From an uncultured virus (IMG/VR IMGVR_UViG_3300035187_001477) (Duplodnaviria > Heunggongvirae > Uroviricota > Caudoviricetes > Crassvirales): a stretch of 64,000 nt of DNA. The translations under genes and the position numbers were made by a program. Of this stretch, positions 47,501 through 58,000 are shown in pieces. The notes under the pieces are model-generated. The model ran no database searches. It was not told where the DNA came from and was given only the letters and a program-made list of their open reading frames with translations. The stretch is taken from IMG/VR virus record IMGVR_UViG_3300035187_001477, one strand, 5' to 3'. How positions within the stretch are numbered: position 1 is the first letter of the stretch; every line of letters starts with the position of its first letter.

Positions 47501-49774
47501 TTGTTCATTAATAGCTTTTACTCTTTCTCTTTGTGGTACGGTAAGCGCTTCGTCTTTCCCATCAATCTGACGCTCCAAGTCACGCTTCTCTTTAAGTAAG
47601 TTCATAGCCTCCTTCTTTCCCTGCAAATCAAGGTTGGGAGGAAGTGAATTGAATAAACCAACAGCATTGCGGTAATCGTTGAGTGTCTCTTTGGCTTCAG
47701 CCATAGTAAGCTCACCTGTATTCACCTTGTTCTGAAGGCTTATGATAAATGCTTTTTCAATCTTTGTATCGTTGGCTGCTGCTTCAAACAACTCAAACTG
47801 TGTGTCGCTCATACCCAAAAATCCCTGCTTACGATAAGCAGCAGAAAATCCCGGCAGCGTTCCAATAATAGCACCACCTACTGCTTCCTGTGCACCGGCA
47901 TACGCAGCGTTTCTAACGTAATCCATAACACTCTCAGGGGTCTCAAACATCTGCTTACCCTTGACAGCATTGTATACATCTTTAAGTCCTGACTCAGCAA
48001 GTTCTTGTGCAGCACCGGTCTCTGCCTCAGCAAGAGCACCTCCTACAACAACAAGAGTTCCACGAGCAAGACCACTCTTTACTTCATTCTTTATTAGTTC
48101 ATTAAAAGTTCTTGCAGATGTTGTACCACCTGCTTTACCTAATGCTTTTACAACAAGACCATTAAGTAAGCCTTTGTTTGCTAACACGTTTCTAAAACCT
48201 ATAGCCTCGAGCGTACCAACAGCCGCACCAATTGGAAGAGTAACAGCAAGCTTTTCATTTTCAGATATGTTATCGAACTCAGGGTTGTTTGCCATCTCTT
48301 CGTTTAGATTGTCACTTACCTGAGCATACATCTGAGCCGTGCGTTGCGCCCATCCAACAGGACCTGAACCACCCATCATTGCAGGGACAGACTTAGCAAG
48401 ACCCAATACTGCGCCTCCCCAAAATCCCTCATTCTTTAAGTCTTCCCACTGAGTAGTAGTGCTTGAGTCTCCATATACAATTCTGTTTCCTTTTCTTATT
48501 GGTTCAAGCCATCCACCTTCACGCTTACCTGTTTTGGGGTTTACTTCTCCATACAGTACTGCTTTCTTCGCTTCATCCTCAACCTCGTCATCTATATCAT
48601 CCATTACTCCGCTTGGTAATTTATTTTTCCAAGCTTCAAATTCTTCTTGACTTTTTAATTCACCAAGAGAAAATCTTGGTGGCTGATACCCCATCCTCTT
48701 GGCTTTCTCAATAACAGCAGCCCGATACTCATCACGCCCCATCAACATTTCTTTTGGAAGCAACTCTGCTTCCAAATTTGTAATAAGCGAAAAGGCTGTA
48801 GATGATATTGATGCTGCCCCATCTAAGAAGGCATTTGCTATACCACCATACCAAGTCCCCTGTTGAGCTTTTTGCTCTGTGTATTTGCCGACAGCTTGAT
48901 TAAGCACTCCCATCCGATTCTTAATATCGGTTTCGGTAGCCATAGCACCGGTTACTTCTTTATTAAAATTTAGTTTGTTTTCATTAAGTTTTTGAAAACG
49001 CTCTTGAAAGGCAGGATTATTTCGCTGTGCTGATGGTGTAGAATTGATTGCGTTTTCTTCTGCCTCTATTTCTTTCTTTCTCTTTAATAACTCTTGCGTT
49101 CTTAATCTGAAAGCATACTCTTCCTCTTGCATCTTCTTGGTGACATCTTCAACCTCTTTCTCTGTAGTGTATTTTTTATTGGCAGTAGTATACTCTTTTT
49201 CAAGAGTCTGTAAGTTATTTATGGTAGCAGAGTTCTCTCTTAAAAACTTTCTAAGAGCCTCAGACTCTTCCTTGTCTCCTGCTGTAGTCCAATTATCTAA
49301 TGAGATTCTTGCTTTCTTTCCATTGGGAGCAGTAACATCTACAAAATCTCTTCCGGGTACAGCTTCATCAAACTTGAAACCCATAGGTCCAAATTGATAG
49401 CGCAGTTGAGGGACGACATATTCCTCTCCCTTGTCAATTAAGTCAGGGCTGATAGCAGCGAGTTGCTCTTCGACAAAATTAGGAAGCTTCGTAGGTGATA
49501 CCAATGAACCACCTGCCGAAGGTAATGCCGTAGTGACTTTTTTTTTAGAAGGGTCCTCTGCTGTTGCAGCTACTTGAGGAGTAGCCGGCATAGCAGATAA
49601 GTACTGCTTAGTAAAATCAGTCTTAGGTTTTGTGTATAAACCATCCCTATTAAGAACACCGTACACTTTCTCTTGATATGCAGCATCCTTGAACTTTGTC
49701 TTGAAAGCATCATAGTCCTGAGTAAAGTATCCTTTCTCTACAAGTAAGTCGTATAGTTTTTGTAACTCGTCCAT
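41516..49774 (-). CDS. Giant internal virion/ejection (polyvalent-like) protein
   Basis: 2752 aa, helical, last of the internal-protein genes; embedded FRAIHDFFGH...GEENAW...ETRGQNS domain. Confidence 0.65.
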   Translation of the reverse strand: MDELQKLYDLLVEKGYFTQDYDAFKTKFKDAAYQEKVYGVLNRDGLYTKPKTDFTKQYLSAMPATPQVAATAEDPSKKKVTTALPSAGGSLVSPTKLPNFVEEQLAAISPDLIDKGEEYVVPQLRYQFGPMGFKFDEAVPGRDFVDVTAPNGKKARISLDNWTTAGDKEESEALRKFLRENSATINNLQTLEKEYTTANKKYTTEKEVEDVTKKMQEEEYAFRLRTQELLKRKKEIEAEENAINSTPSAQRNNPAFQERFQKLNENKLNFNKEVTGAMATETDIKNRMGVLNQAVGKYTEQKAQQGTWYGGIANAFLDGAASISSTAFSLITNLEAELLPKEMLMGRDEYRAAVIEKAKRMGYQPPRFSLGELKSQEEFEAWKNKLPSGVMDDIDDEVEDEAKKAVLYGEVNPKTGKREGGWLEPIRKGNRIVYGDSSTTTQWEDLKNEGFWGGAVLGLAKSVPAMMGGSGPVGWAQRTAQMYAQVSDNLNEEMANNPEFDNISENEKLAVTLPIGAAVGTLEAIGFRNVLANKGLLNGLVVKALGKAGGTTSARTFNELIKNEVKSGLARGTLVVVGGALAEAETGAAQELAESGLKDVYNAVKGKQMFETPESVMDYVRNAAYAGAQEAVGGAIIGTLPGFSAAYRKQGFLGMSDTQFELFEAAANDTKIEKAFIISLQNKVNTGELTMAEAKETLNDYRNAVGLFNSLPPNLDLQGKKEAMNLLKEKRDLERQIDGKDEALTVPQRERVKAINEQLTKISQDAIQKQAAGQVSVQPTPGDSEALAQGEPKTGLEVITQEGEKVLSPEQQERKDALIKALAAVEDDQETITIGDQTIAVDEALNELDALQKVSSKTRVNVAPFFNTQVGSTSEAAALRESPAYKGYLQTLADIGSLLGIKTNVLEFIGGYENNKGERIVEISNAVDLEGATIEQAEEYAALVSAFAPQVQEAAIAAQYTEQGGKTHNANEYSVKVSDVDGAIDALKEAGITDFSINEKTGEVSFIDVLDFADPQLQKNIGTFVELLKSKGINYEQQDFRPVDSRRVGVASRKKILGRIKAKGSELGPSGQNILQAVEEAVRRDAEFQGVDSGEYFKPSPGNRLFNKPLERVAQIADRYYQRVFGKKRPRYNGSQRLDEARARRIANAFAAMQHNPTDPQVRAAYEAMAKETLDQYQDFLDAGYVVEINNEEPYANSQEMIDDLRNNQRMKIFSTESGFGDAAITEEQRAENPLLRDSGFKDVNGQTMLVNDVFRAIHDFFGHAELGNSFGPKGEENAWNVHARMYSPLARAAMTTETRGQNSYVNFSGENEALKELRQQARALREEGLNSQARKIEEQIYEKFKFADQKIGLLPAEFYEINETDTGDIERAAPTTEELMTADTKDATTLERVKEFLDKVDGDLTKFGRETAGINIAIPVMKAIIKTVKALVATGITLQEAITRAAAQNNVSEQDVIDSISALAQQRDAQAQPEDTTEMELPGFNRMMTELEGVVRKSLQRGNTNEEAMQNAIAYLQGSRVYETASDTQREKMVRDIRKRFGKREKAAPKPQKLFGETKDVNEITMSEYELLKKQLADQAKGAKDAIKLWVRTSGELVKYLRTMTDKGFITAKQTAAIISKFSGVNMFDPNSIGRFVDYMAKVFKNANYADQIGTINKALPTARRNAQTKIGIAESLSPLMQRLLAIKPTLIPDAVFEKYTKLVTMMGERRAVLQLEEINAVTKDVNDILNAVDADVSLAAELAERFNSYDGKLVDDEGKVDYAGTIRDMVKDEVITEEEAEIMRKYKSSILPMTQKDPRSEAEIEAENQVMADAAQLADLNPEGLPTADERNLARELKKLLKTDAVYGLDNAQLKNLLRLIDNINNGYLPHYTQLIVERMNAINKSKTLNDAVQKAKPLKLSSIYSKIKGWLTKKDGLVELIRRNPLYYIDQVFGNYNTKEIFNSLFAQAADAQAKFQKAVTELNNKLDRAQEAVAKSFKNDANKTLMSKFKMMTYMVQLEHDSNPDSKQVNPAAEYLKKTIDHIRKGKSSFGERDADMLQEIYDEYTDANGNIDNQKLYDSFNEAERNAIKTIQKVNEDLREKAVYTAAIVRGDKITPLNNYVHLNTLHEHRPDEAISGVAFIDSYNESMRPSTKAKSLIARTGKVAPLNFDVFASANRGAKFVLMDYYLTEPIRTGRKTINETSKLMEQEGATKQQQNIFNAIERVYEEAVDNLLTDNFTSTSLLDDAVNFMSKQGYRAVLASAPRFVGELSSNIAFAMIAAPKDFKAGLKNRGVVLSPTAATIMSNVGSKQTNRLFPHDTLSGRLIDASIMNQASGVKGGRAQNDVRNKIQQIYNISLKKYQNAVETMADALIATPDKMVMRPMWFGAFANEFKKITGAEPDFDKIAENDERYMASNKEALDAAKNYADEKTVLTGATDNAFMGILKGTPKQNQSALIRGFNIFNNFMTRFLIYEYITARTGINAAMGNGTLSRKTGVALLAAVATRMTAYTLITQALSSALVGLFVPDEDEDDEKSIEQKIGQGMLSSATSLLLGRDFGNATKNLIGYGVERVNENYLDFLREGEYDPYKDALQYTVIPAEKKGKKTDMGDLLMNMLGPFGPSAKTLDLMIRKATEEPKKQADAIQRSEKEVGIRIPLEIMGNLGLIPLYKDVRKIVNKELYKDLEKAEVTKPMNKIGKEDMKRYYPEMYEDLYGEGGVLYDIEKMKSEMRKEKERIRREIKDEMYEYVPKQSGGNTIYGKEKQKK
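47200..47215 (-). repeat. 16-bp palindrome, copy 7 of 8 (coding)
   Basis: GTGTCTTTGAAGACAC on +. Confidence 0.95.
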
Positions 49775-49792
49775 TAGATTTTTTTTGTTCTG

Positions 49793-51622
49793 TTAATCCA
49801 ATTCACCTTTTAAGATTCCCTTACCCTCAAGACCTTTTAAGAATATAACTTGATCTTCTGCAGATGCGCCCGGAACATTTGAAAGCATAAATGCTCTTAT
49901 TTTTTCGGCTGCCTTTGCAGGATCACTTAAGTATATTGCAGAAGATGATTTGCCATCAGAATTTGTTAATACAATTGCATCAGACCCAATAACAGCTTCT
50001 CTAACGCTAAACCCAAGCTCATTAAACTTCGCTTCGTTTGCAGAAATAAAATCAGTTTCATCTGTTGGTTGATTAGCACCTGAGAATACCGTTTTAAGGT
50101 GGTCTGCATACATCTTGTTAGGGTCACCTGTTTTCTTAGGACCTGTAGAAGTAGCCTTAGCTTCCCCTGCTTGGAATGTTGTAGTCTTAGTTTGAAGTGC
50201 ACCCTTTACAACTTCGTTAACATCAACTGTTCCTCCAAGAAGTAGAGGAGCTGCTGAACGAACAAAGTCTTGTTGAGTCATCATCTCTCCCGTGTTAGCG
50301 TTCTTGAATGGAATAGCTTTAGTCGAACCATCATTAAAGGTAATGCTAACTCCATCATTAGTTCTACTTACATCTTTTACATTTGGCATACCATAGAAGT
50401 GGTTGATAGCAGCTTGTTGTTCTGCAGGAGTACCACTATATAGTTTAGCCAACATATTACCTGATGTCTGAGCGCTTTTCTTTTGATCACCTCTTTCATA
50501 AACGTATTGAGGAGGATAGTAAGTAGGCTCTTTTCGTGGCTGACTGAACGGTTGCACTTCAGTTTTCTGCTCAAGCATACTACGAAACTTATTTTTAGTA
50601 TACTCTTCAGCAGTCTTTAACTGATCCTTGCCATTCTGTGTGCTCTCAAAGTCAGGTTGAAATACACCATCCTTATGAGACCACAATATATAATGAGAGC
50701 TTGAATTTGCTACGTTAGGGTCCGTTGTAACCTGATAAGCTTTGCCTGATTTAGGGTCAATGCCTCCGGTCCAATCAAACAATATGGAAGATACGTGCGC
50801 AGGGTTAGATAGTTGCGCCTGTACAATAAGTTTTTCGCTTTCAATATATTTGTCGACAGCTTGCTGTCCTTCTTGACTAAGACCAACACGTTTAGTTGGG
50901 TCTGTAACCTTGGTAAGGAAGCCTGTCTGAGTTGCACTACCTGTAGAAGTAACAACCTCCTTTACCACATCGCCTAATAATTTTGCCTCTTGACTTAGGT
51001 TTTCATTCAGAGCGTACTTGTCAATCTTTTCTTTGATACGGTTACGCAGTTGGTTTACCGTCATATAATTGTCGGGACCTTCAGCAAGAGTCTTAACACC
51101 ATTTTTATCTACCATCTTACCAATGCTGATAGCACCGGTAGTTGGATTAATCAAAGCTTTGGTTTGACCAAGGTTTGCAAATCCTTCAACCATTGCCATA
51201 AACTGAGTCTCAGCTTCTGAGCTTTCACCCTTCTGCCTACGCTCTGTCTTTACAGAAAACTCATCTTGATATTCTTTCGCAAGGTCAAACATTCTTTTAG
51301 TTCCATCCTTGCTATTCTGACGAATGAGCGCATAGTCTTTAGGTTTCATTTGACCCGACTTAAGAAGTCTGTCTGTAAGAAGTCTATACTGCTGCATATC
51401 ACCGGCATAGTCTGTAATGTACTTATTTACATCATCAGACAATCCTTGTGGTGCGTTCTCAAGTTCTTCACCAAACTGACGAGACGCATCATCAAGAGCC
51501 TTCTTTTTTGCTTCACGAAGTGATGCCTCTTGCTTTAGAGTATTGGTTAATTGACTACCAACCTCCGACCAATCTATCTGATTCTTGGCTTCCCGTTCAG
51601 CGTATTTGTAATATGTTGCCAT
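49793..51622 (-). CDS. Putative internal virion protein
   Basis: 609 aa; position in the ejection module. Confidence 0.55.
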   Translation of the reverse strand: MATYYKYAEREAKNQIDWSEVGSQLTNTLKQEASLREAKKKALDDASRQFGEELENAPQGLSDDVNKYITDYAGDMQQYRLLTDRLLKSGQMKPKDYALIRQNSKDGTKRMFDLAKEYQDEFSVKTERRQKGESSEAETQFMAMVEGFANLGQTKALINPTTGAISIGKMVDKNGVKTLAEGPDNYMTVNQLRNRIKEKIDKYALNENLSQEAKLLGDVVKEVVTSTGSATQTGFLTKVTDPTKRVGLSQEGQQAVDKYIESEKLIVQAQLSNPAHVSSILFDWTGGIDPKSGKAYQVTTDPNVANSSSHYILWSHKDGVFQPDFESTQNGKDQLKTAEEYTKNKFRSMLEQKTEVQPFSQPRKEPTYYPPQYVYERGDQKKSAQTSGNMLAKLYSGTPAEQQAAINHFYGMPNVKDVSRTNDGVSITFNDGSTKAIPFKNANTGEMMTQQDFVRSAAPLLLGGTVDVNEVVKGALQTKTTTFQAGEAKATSTGPKKTGDPNKMYADHLKTVFSGANQPTDETDFISANEAKFNELGFSVREAVIGSDAIVLTNSDGKSSSAIYLSDPAKAAEKIRAFMLSNVPGASAEDQVIFLKGLEGKGILKGELD

Positions 51623-51625
51623 TTA

Positions 51626-52402
51626 TTAAAACTTGAATGATTTTCTTAAATCCTTTAAGTAATCGGGACTTAAGCCTCCCATAAAAGCTTGGAACTCGAG
51701 TGGGTTCATACCACCAACACCGGCTAAGTTCCCAAACGTAGGCGATGCTGCACCAAATTCAGCAAGCTTTTGTTGAAATTGATCTTGAGTAAGCCCTGCT
51801 TTTTCTGCACCTCCTGCTAATTTACCAAATTGTTTTGCACCTGCTGATTTAGAGTACAATGGAGCCATACTTGCTACCTGACCTGCCATACTTACTACAC
51901 CTTCCAATGCTTGTTTGGTTGCTGCTTGAGACCTTGTCTCAGCTTCTCTCGCTTTTAACTGAGCACCCTCAACTTCTGCAAGATCAAGACCCATACCTAC
52001 ATCACGAAGTCTGCTATCTTCAGCGGCTTCAAGTTTATCAAGCGCCTGCATCTCACCACCCATTTGTGTAGCAATATCACGCTGTGCTTTTTCAGCACCC
52101 AAGAATACACGTCCTGCAGTAGCTGCTGAACCACGCTCGCTTTCTTGACCTGCCTCAATAGCTTGAGCTGCAGTAGAAGTAACGGCTTCACGAGCAAGCT
52201 CGTATGGTTCTTTTTGAATACCCAACTGCTCGTAGAAGTTTACGTCAAGTTTTTTACGAGCGTCAGCCATAAACTTAGCTGCATCTGCTTCAGCTTTTTT
52301 CTGAATTTTACGTTGCTTTGATGCTTGCGAAAATGATGCCGCAGTAGTTCCTGCAGTAGCTGCTAAGCCTATACCTGCTGCAATGGTTGTGAAAGCTGCC
52401 AT
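51626..52402 (-). CDS. Putative internal virion (pilot/ejection) protein
   Basis: Ala/Gly-rich hydrophobic N-terminus followed by an A/Q/E-rich helix. Confidence 0.6.
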   Translation of the reverse strand: MAAFTTIAAGIGLAATAGTTAASFSQASKQRKIQKKAEADAAKFMADARKKLDVNFYEQLGIQKEPYELAREAVTSTAAQAIEAGQESERGSAATAGRVFLGAEKAQRDIATQMGGEMQALDKLEAAEDSRLRDVGMGLDLAEVEGAQLKAREAETRSQAATKQALEGVVSMAGQVASMAPLYSKSAGAKQFGKLAGGAEKAGLTQDQFQQKLAEFGAASPTFGNLAGVGGMNPLEFQAFMGGLSPDYLKDLRKSFKF

Positions 52403-52403
52403 A

Positions 52404-52814
52404 TTACAATACTTTTATTAGTTCACCTATATACCCATCGCCTAAGATATACCCTAATTCTTTATAGGTATCCTTTAGCCCCGGGTGTTTTATCAAAGCA
52501 TAAGAATATTTATGCCCTGTATTTCTACAAATATTAGTCAATGTTTCGACCAATAGTTTTATTGCCTCACTTCTCTCCGGTTTCTTTCTATACTCCTTGT
52601 TGGATATTATCCAATCAACCCACGCAACCTTTGAGTTCGTGGTGTATATAAATCCTGCACACACCGGCTCATCTTCATCAAGCACCATTATGCCACCCTT
52701 ACCATCATCAGGTAAGAAATCTCGTTGAGCAGGCTCCCATCCCCATTCCTTCCACCACCCTACTAACGTAGAATCATAATCATTTTCGTTCAATGGTCGT
52801 ACAATAAATGCCAT
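52404..52814 (-). CDS. GNAT-fold protein
   Basis: PVCAGF...YKELGY pattern; usual podovirus position between tail and ejection genes; TATCTTTG at 52820-52827. Confidence 0.55.
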   Translation of the reverse strand: MAFIVRPLNENDYDSTLVGWWKEWGWEPAQRDFLPDDGKGGIMVLDEDEPVCAGFIYTTNSKVAWVDWIISNKEYRKKPERSEAIKLLVETLTNICRNTGHKYSYALIKHPGLKDTYKELGYILGDGYIGELIKVL

Positions 52815-52835
52815 CTATACAAAGATATTGAAAAA

Positions 52836-53642
52836 TTAAGGATAACTTTTCATCACTTCTGACTCTACGGCAAAGAGTTCTACCTGACTAACACTATTGT
52901 TTTCAAGGTTGAAAACGCAGTAGTGTCCGAGGACACCGTGCGATTCTGCCACAGCGTTTTTGATAAACATTATGTACGGGTTCTGTATAGCCGGGATGGT
53001 AGCTCCGGGTATGGTCGTATCCACCGTAATCCTGTTAAGGTTGGATGGATAGTTCTGCTGAATATTGGTCACCCTCCCGAACAGCAAAGGCGTATTGTAA
53101 GTTGGGGGCAGGCTATAGTATAGCATATCCCCGATGCTTATGATACTACCTATTGATATAGGGCTTGCTCCGATCGCAAAATTGACCTGAACGGCTGACC
53201 CTGTACCGGTAATGGTAGTGCTCCTACCTATACCATTGGTAAGCCTAAGAGCGTACTCAGAAGGCTGTGCCGGTGTAGTACCTGCGTTACGGACAAAGGC
53301 AAAGAAAGAGGCTTCCTTCTTTTCAAAGTAGCTGCCTTGAATAAAGCCATCGTCCATTAAGTCGGTCACCATTGTTACGGACCAAGGAGCATCACCTTCT
53401 AAGTTGATGGTTTTGAATAGCTTATTCTCAAGCGGAGACTCATTGAATACGCTTTGTATACGTGATGGGTACTGCACTCCGTAAAAGTTATTACGGGTGT
53501 TGTTTACGTTGTGCCTATACAGGTTTCCACCCTTAAACGTATAGAAGTAGTTATTCATCCCGATCATCCAATCAGGCAAAAAGGAATAGAAGGATGCCCA
53601 TCCTTCTACCCCTTCACTATATGTTAGTGTATATGCTGCCAT
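52836..53642 (-). CDS. Tail nozzle/stabilisation protein, C-terminal part
   Basis: TLTYSEGVEGWASFYSF...NKLFKTINLEG...FEKKE. Confidence 0.6.
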   Translation of the reverse strand: MAAYTLTYSEGVEGWASFYSFLPDWMIGMNNYFYTFKGGNLYRHNVNNTRNNFYGVQYPSRIQSVFNESPLENKLFKTINLEGDAPWSVTMVTDLMDDGFIQGSYFEKKEASFFAFVRNAGTTPAQPSEYALRLTNGIGRSTTITGTGSAVQVNFAIGASPISIGSIISIGDMLYYSLPPTYNTPLLFGRVTNIQQNYPSNLNRITVDTTIPGATIPAIQNPYIMFIKNAVAESHGVLGHYCVFNLENNSVSQVELFAVESEVMKSYP

Positions 53643-53645
53643 AGT

Positions 53646-54806
53646 TTAACATTGTACTGATGAATAAGCTGTTATCTCTCCCCCTCCGCTCATATCCCAA
53701 TTTGCAGAAGCAAACACAAATAGCTCGAGAACAGGACTTGTCATTGCCGCATCCCAAAATAAGTTGCATCCTACATTAGGTGTTGGACAATCGCAGTATA
53801 GAATCTTAGGGTTTGTGCCTGCATCAGAACAAGCTGCAGCGGCACTTACATTGCTTACTCCGCATCCTCCAATAGAATAAGACCCTCCACCTGAGCAAGG
53901 TCCAATTGCCACAATAACACCATTGGCATCTACCTGAAACCAATCGTTAGTTGTTCCTGCAACAGCGGTATGATAGTATCCGGCAGTAAGCTTAAACTCA
54001 CCGTTAGGGTCACTGAATACTAAATCGTATAGCCCAAGTGTCCCTGCACCGCCTGTAACATAAGCTACATAATATCCTACAGTAATTCCTAATGCACAAG
54101 CAGCGGTATTAGTTGCAGCCATTGGAGATGCCTCAAAAACAGGTAAAGCTGCAGGGCAAGCAACTGACAAATCAAATGCTGTTCCTGAGCAGGGACCAAT
54201 GAATGTCAAGTCAAGTATAGATGGTGCAGCGGTTGTTTTTGGTATTACCATTACGCAATTACCGGGACCTCCTACTGTTAAATCCATTTGCCCTGACAAA
54301 ACACTAACTGTTGTAGTCGTACCTAATGAAGAAAAAGTTGTTCCGTTATACTCATATTCGTCAAGAGTATGAGGAGAACCTGAAACAATATTACAATCTG
54401 CAGATGTAGCTCCAATATACGTAGGAAGACCTGCGCTACCTTGTAACCATCCGTATGATGGAGAAGATAGACCATTGTAAGATATACTATTAAACACAGC
54501 TAATACGCCATCCGGCACGCTGTATGGATCAAACGTAACTACAACAGCGCCTGTGTCAGTTCCTAAGTCTATTCCTACATAGTATATACCCTGTTGTCCC
54601 GATGCTGCTATTGATCCCCCACAAGGAGTAGCACAAGATGGGCAAGAGGTCTGAGGCAGTAATACACCCGACACTTGCTCACGCACAATTGTACCATCTG
54701 AGTAAAACCCATCAGGCGCAACCGTGGTCAGATTAACATCGGTATAAATAATTGTAGCTGACGCAAGAGATGGCGCATCTACGTAAAAAGTTCCTTGTGT
54801 TGCCAT
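53646..54806 (-). CDS. Cys-rich virion protein
   Basis: N-terminus paralogous to the 81-aa ORF; many Cys pairs. Confidence 0.6.
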   Translation of the reverse strand: MATQGTFYVDAPSLASATIIYTDVNLTTVAPDGFYSDGTIVREQVSGVLLPQTSCPSCATPCGGSIAASGQQGIYYVGIDLGTDTGAVVVTFDPYSVPDGVLAVFNSISYNGLSSPSYGWLQGSAGLPTYIGATSADCNIVSGSPHTLDEYEYNGTTFSSLGTTTTVSVLSGQMDLTVGGPGNCVMVIPKTTAAPSILDLTFIGPCSGTAFDLSVACPAALPVFEASPMAATNTAACALGITVGYYVAYVTGGAGTLGLYDLVFSDPNGEFKLTAGYYHTAVAGTTNDWFQVDANGVIVAIGPCSGGGSYSIGGCGVSNVSAAAACSDAGTNPKILYCDCPTPNVGCNLFWDAAMTSPVLELFVFASANWDMSGGGEITAYSSVQC

Positions 54807-54817
54807 TTAATTTAAGT

Positions 54818-55063
54818 TTATGGTGCGATACAGTTACAACATACATCAAGTGCGCTTACAGTTGAATAACAAAGAGTAACCTCTGTACCACAACCGGGGC
54901 AAGCTGATTGAGCTTGTAGCACCCCACTAACCTGTTGCCTAACAATACTATTATCTGAATAGTACCCATCAGGCGCAAGAGTTGTGAGTCCAACATTAGT
55001 GTAAACTGCAGTTGCCGTAGCAAGTGACGCAGCGTTTAAGTAATAAGTTCCTTGTGTTGCCAT
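54818..55063 (-). CDS. Small Cys-rich virion protein
   Basis: MATQGTYY...APDGYYSD...LCYS...DVCCNC. Confidence 0.6.
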   Translation of the reverse strand: MATQGTYYLNAASLATATAVYTNVGLTTLAPDGYYSDNSIVRQQVSGVLQAQSACPGCGTEVTLCYSTVSALDVCCNCIAP

Positions 55064-55074
55064 TTTATTTTATT

Positions 55075-58000
55075 TTAATCATTACAACCGCAGCAAGCAT
55101 CCAACAAACTTACGTTTGAGTAGCATAAATCAAATGCCGGTGGAGGTACATCGCATCCGCAACAAGCGTTGTTTGTGTCTGCATCAGAGTAACACAACTC
55201 AAGTGGCAGAGAGCTTCTGTAATCCCATATCAAATATAAATATTGTCCGCTGCTTGGGACGGTAAAAGTTCCTGTATAATATCCTGCTGCTCCTGTTGGT
55301 GCAACTGTTGTAGCTGCTGCAAGTAAATTTGCAATGCCAACCTGAGTGTTAGGGTATAGTGTATTGCTTCTTAAATATCTAAACTTATTGTAAGAAGGAT
55401 TGAAATCAAAAGTATCAAATCCTTGCTTGTTTGAAATCAACTCCATTGCTGCTCCTGAAGGAGGGAATCCACCTGTGCCTTGAGGACCAATGATAATATT
55501 GTACTCAGATACCACAGGACTTTGAGCAGATGAATCAAATGTTACAAGTGTAGACTGAAGAGGTGAAATAAATCCTGCATCCGTATACCTGTACTCATTA
55601 TGGATAAACTTACCGGCATCGGCATTGCTTGTTAAGCAGATGTTGACAATACCTATCTCGTTTGCTTCTACGCAGTTTACAAGTACGCTTACATTGACGT
55701 TGTCAGTAGCAATAACATTAACAATAAGTTCGTTAATAGCGTTACTGTTTTTGGCTATTGTAAGAGACCCTGATGTAGTTACTACCCCTGAAGAAACAGT
55801 AGTTAACCCATAAGTTACTACCACTTCAAATTCAGCAGTTGATGATGGGTCTACCGTATAGTCAACGATACAGTCTCCAACAGAGGTGTCTTCAAATATC
55901 ACCCCATACTGCCTGTTTGATCCTGCTTCAATAGTGAAGTCTTGCTCGATACCGCAACTATAAATAATAGGAGGAATAGGCACAGAGCTGTCGTTAGTGG
56001 TGAGCACATACTCATTCATATATGGGTCAAACCCACCAAGCTTTTGAGTATTGAAGGATTGGATAAAGTTATCTCTAAACCAAGTCCGCATACCTTGCTC
56101 AGACACCACTCTTAATTGGTCTGTGCTATAAGAGTTTCCAATAAGTTGCAGTACAGCCCCACGCTTTACGTCTGTAAAGTATCTATAGTAACCCCATTGT
56201 ACATAGCTTTCAGGATGGAAGCTGATACCATACTTCTCAACACGAGCAATTTGAGTACCCAATACTTCAGGCACGGAGGTAATAGCACCACCGGCTGCAG
56301 CATCTGAGAGTAAGTTCTTGCCTGCAAGTACGTATGAAATCTTATCTTCTTGTAGCGTAAGTACGTCAGTCTCTCGTCCATCTAACTTATAGATAGGACC
56401 GAATGATACCTCTAAATATTTGTAGTTAAGCAGTCCTAAATTGAACTCATTTAATTTATTAACATTTGACTCAAAGTTATACACACCACTGTATGTGATG
56501 TCAGCAAAGCGCCTTGTTCTCTTGTATTGCTGTACCGATATGGACGTTACACGGTTGCCAAGATTAAAGGTCTTGCCAATAATTGAGTCACGAATCTTAT
56601 AGCTTTCAGCACCATTACCAAAACAGAAACAGTTAAAGAACTCTGTGTCTATTATTGCCGGCAAAGATGCAGTTTGGTTCTGTATGTTACCCAAGTGTCT
56701 TCCGTTGGCATCAATACCAAAAGACAAATGATTCTCAAAGAATACATCAGGTAATGAGTCAACGGGTTGTGTCTCGAATATCAGGGTAGTCTCAGCTCTA
56801 AACACTTCAATGTTTACAATAACAGTAGACCTACGCTTCTCTCTCGAAGCTACACCACCACATCTAAGAGTACCACTGACAATAAGAGTTAGCTGATTAT
56901 TGGCAGGATTGCGATAGAACCTATAATAGTTTTTACACAAATCAGTTGAAATGTCTGTGTTGTTTGATGCAAGTGTAGGTATAAATTCATTTTCAACAGG
57001 ACATTCATTACCCCCAACCTCTTGATCTCCATCATCAAGTATCTGTTCTACGTTGTCTCCAATCCACCACTCCATCATATTATCATAATTGGCAGAAGAA
57101 ACAAGCGTTTTCTCTAAAGTATAAATACGCCTCTCACAAGCTCCATTACCTTGACCAACACCAAGACGCTGAAACTTAAAATATAATTTAATTCTACTAC
57201 CGGCAGGTACAGTATAATCAACCCAAGCACTTGTTGCGGTATCAAATCTGTTCATTGGGTAGTTCAAAATAGGATACTCTCCTGCATCGTTTTGATCTAC
57301 CTGTTCGTTGCCCGGTGCAATAATTGAAAGTTCATCCTGAACAACAGCAAAGCTGTTTGGATTAATCTTCATATATACCCCCGATGGAACAGGAATATTT
57401 ACGGTAGGGTCAAGTTCACTTGGTATCTCAATGAATCCTGCTTGCTTAGCTTCTTTCTCAAGCACTGTTGCGTATACGCAATTATTTGTAGGTCCACTTG
57501 TGTCAGCCTTTACGATAAGCCTATCACCCTGCTGTACCTTACGTGCGTTTTCTCCTTCAAGTAAAAAGTATGCGTTATTACTTAGAGGGTCGTCAAAGAA
57601 GATGCTACTATATATGGTATCGTAACTTTCTTCGTCAGGCTTAATAACAAACTTATATCTCTTAGCCCAAGCCGGAGCTATCTGAGTTGTAGGAATAGTT
57701 ACCCTAATAGAGTTCTTGGTATCAGATGCAGAGCAAGGAATGTGTACTGTATTTCTTGGACTAACCAAGGCTGTAGTAGAACGACCAAAGTCATCCATAT
57801 ACACGATACCAATCTCATACCCACGATTGCTATGCAAGCTGCGTGGTGAATTTATTTTTTGATAGAAAGCTTCTGCAAAGTTTACTGAGTAATACTCATA
57901 CACACTAATTGTTGGTGTAGTAGTATTGTCAACATATCTCATTGCAGGAAACTGTAGACCAATTATTTGACTTGCAGGTGTAGTAATAATGCTTATTGGC

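Noticed and set aside
41516..49774. Virion RNA polymerase as in crAss-like or N4-like phages
   Set aside because: No convincing catalytic DxDxD-type motif in the expected context seen; cannot be excluded without structure prediction
55886..55901. Partial palindrome GTGTCTTCAAATATCA (and a half-site at 44104)
   Set aside because: The right arm is missing; compatible with chance
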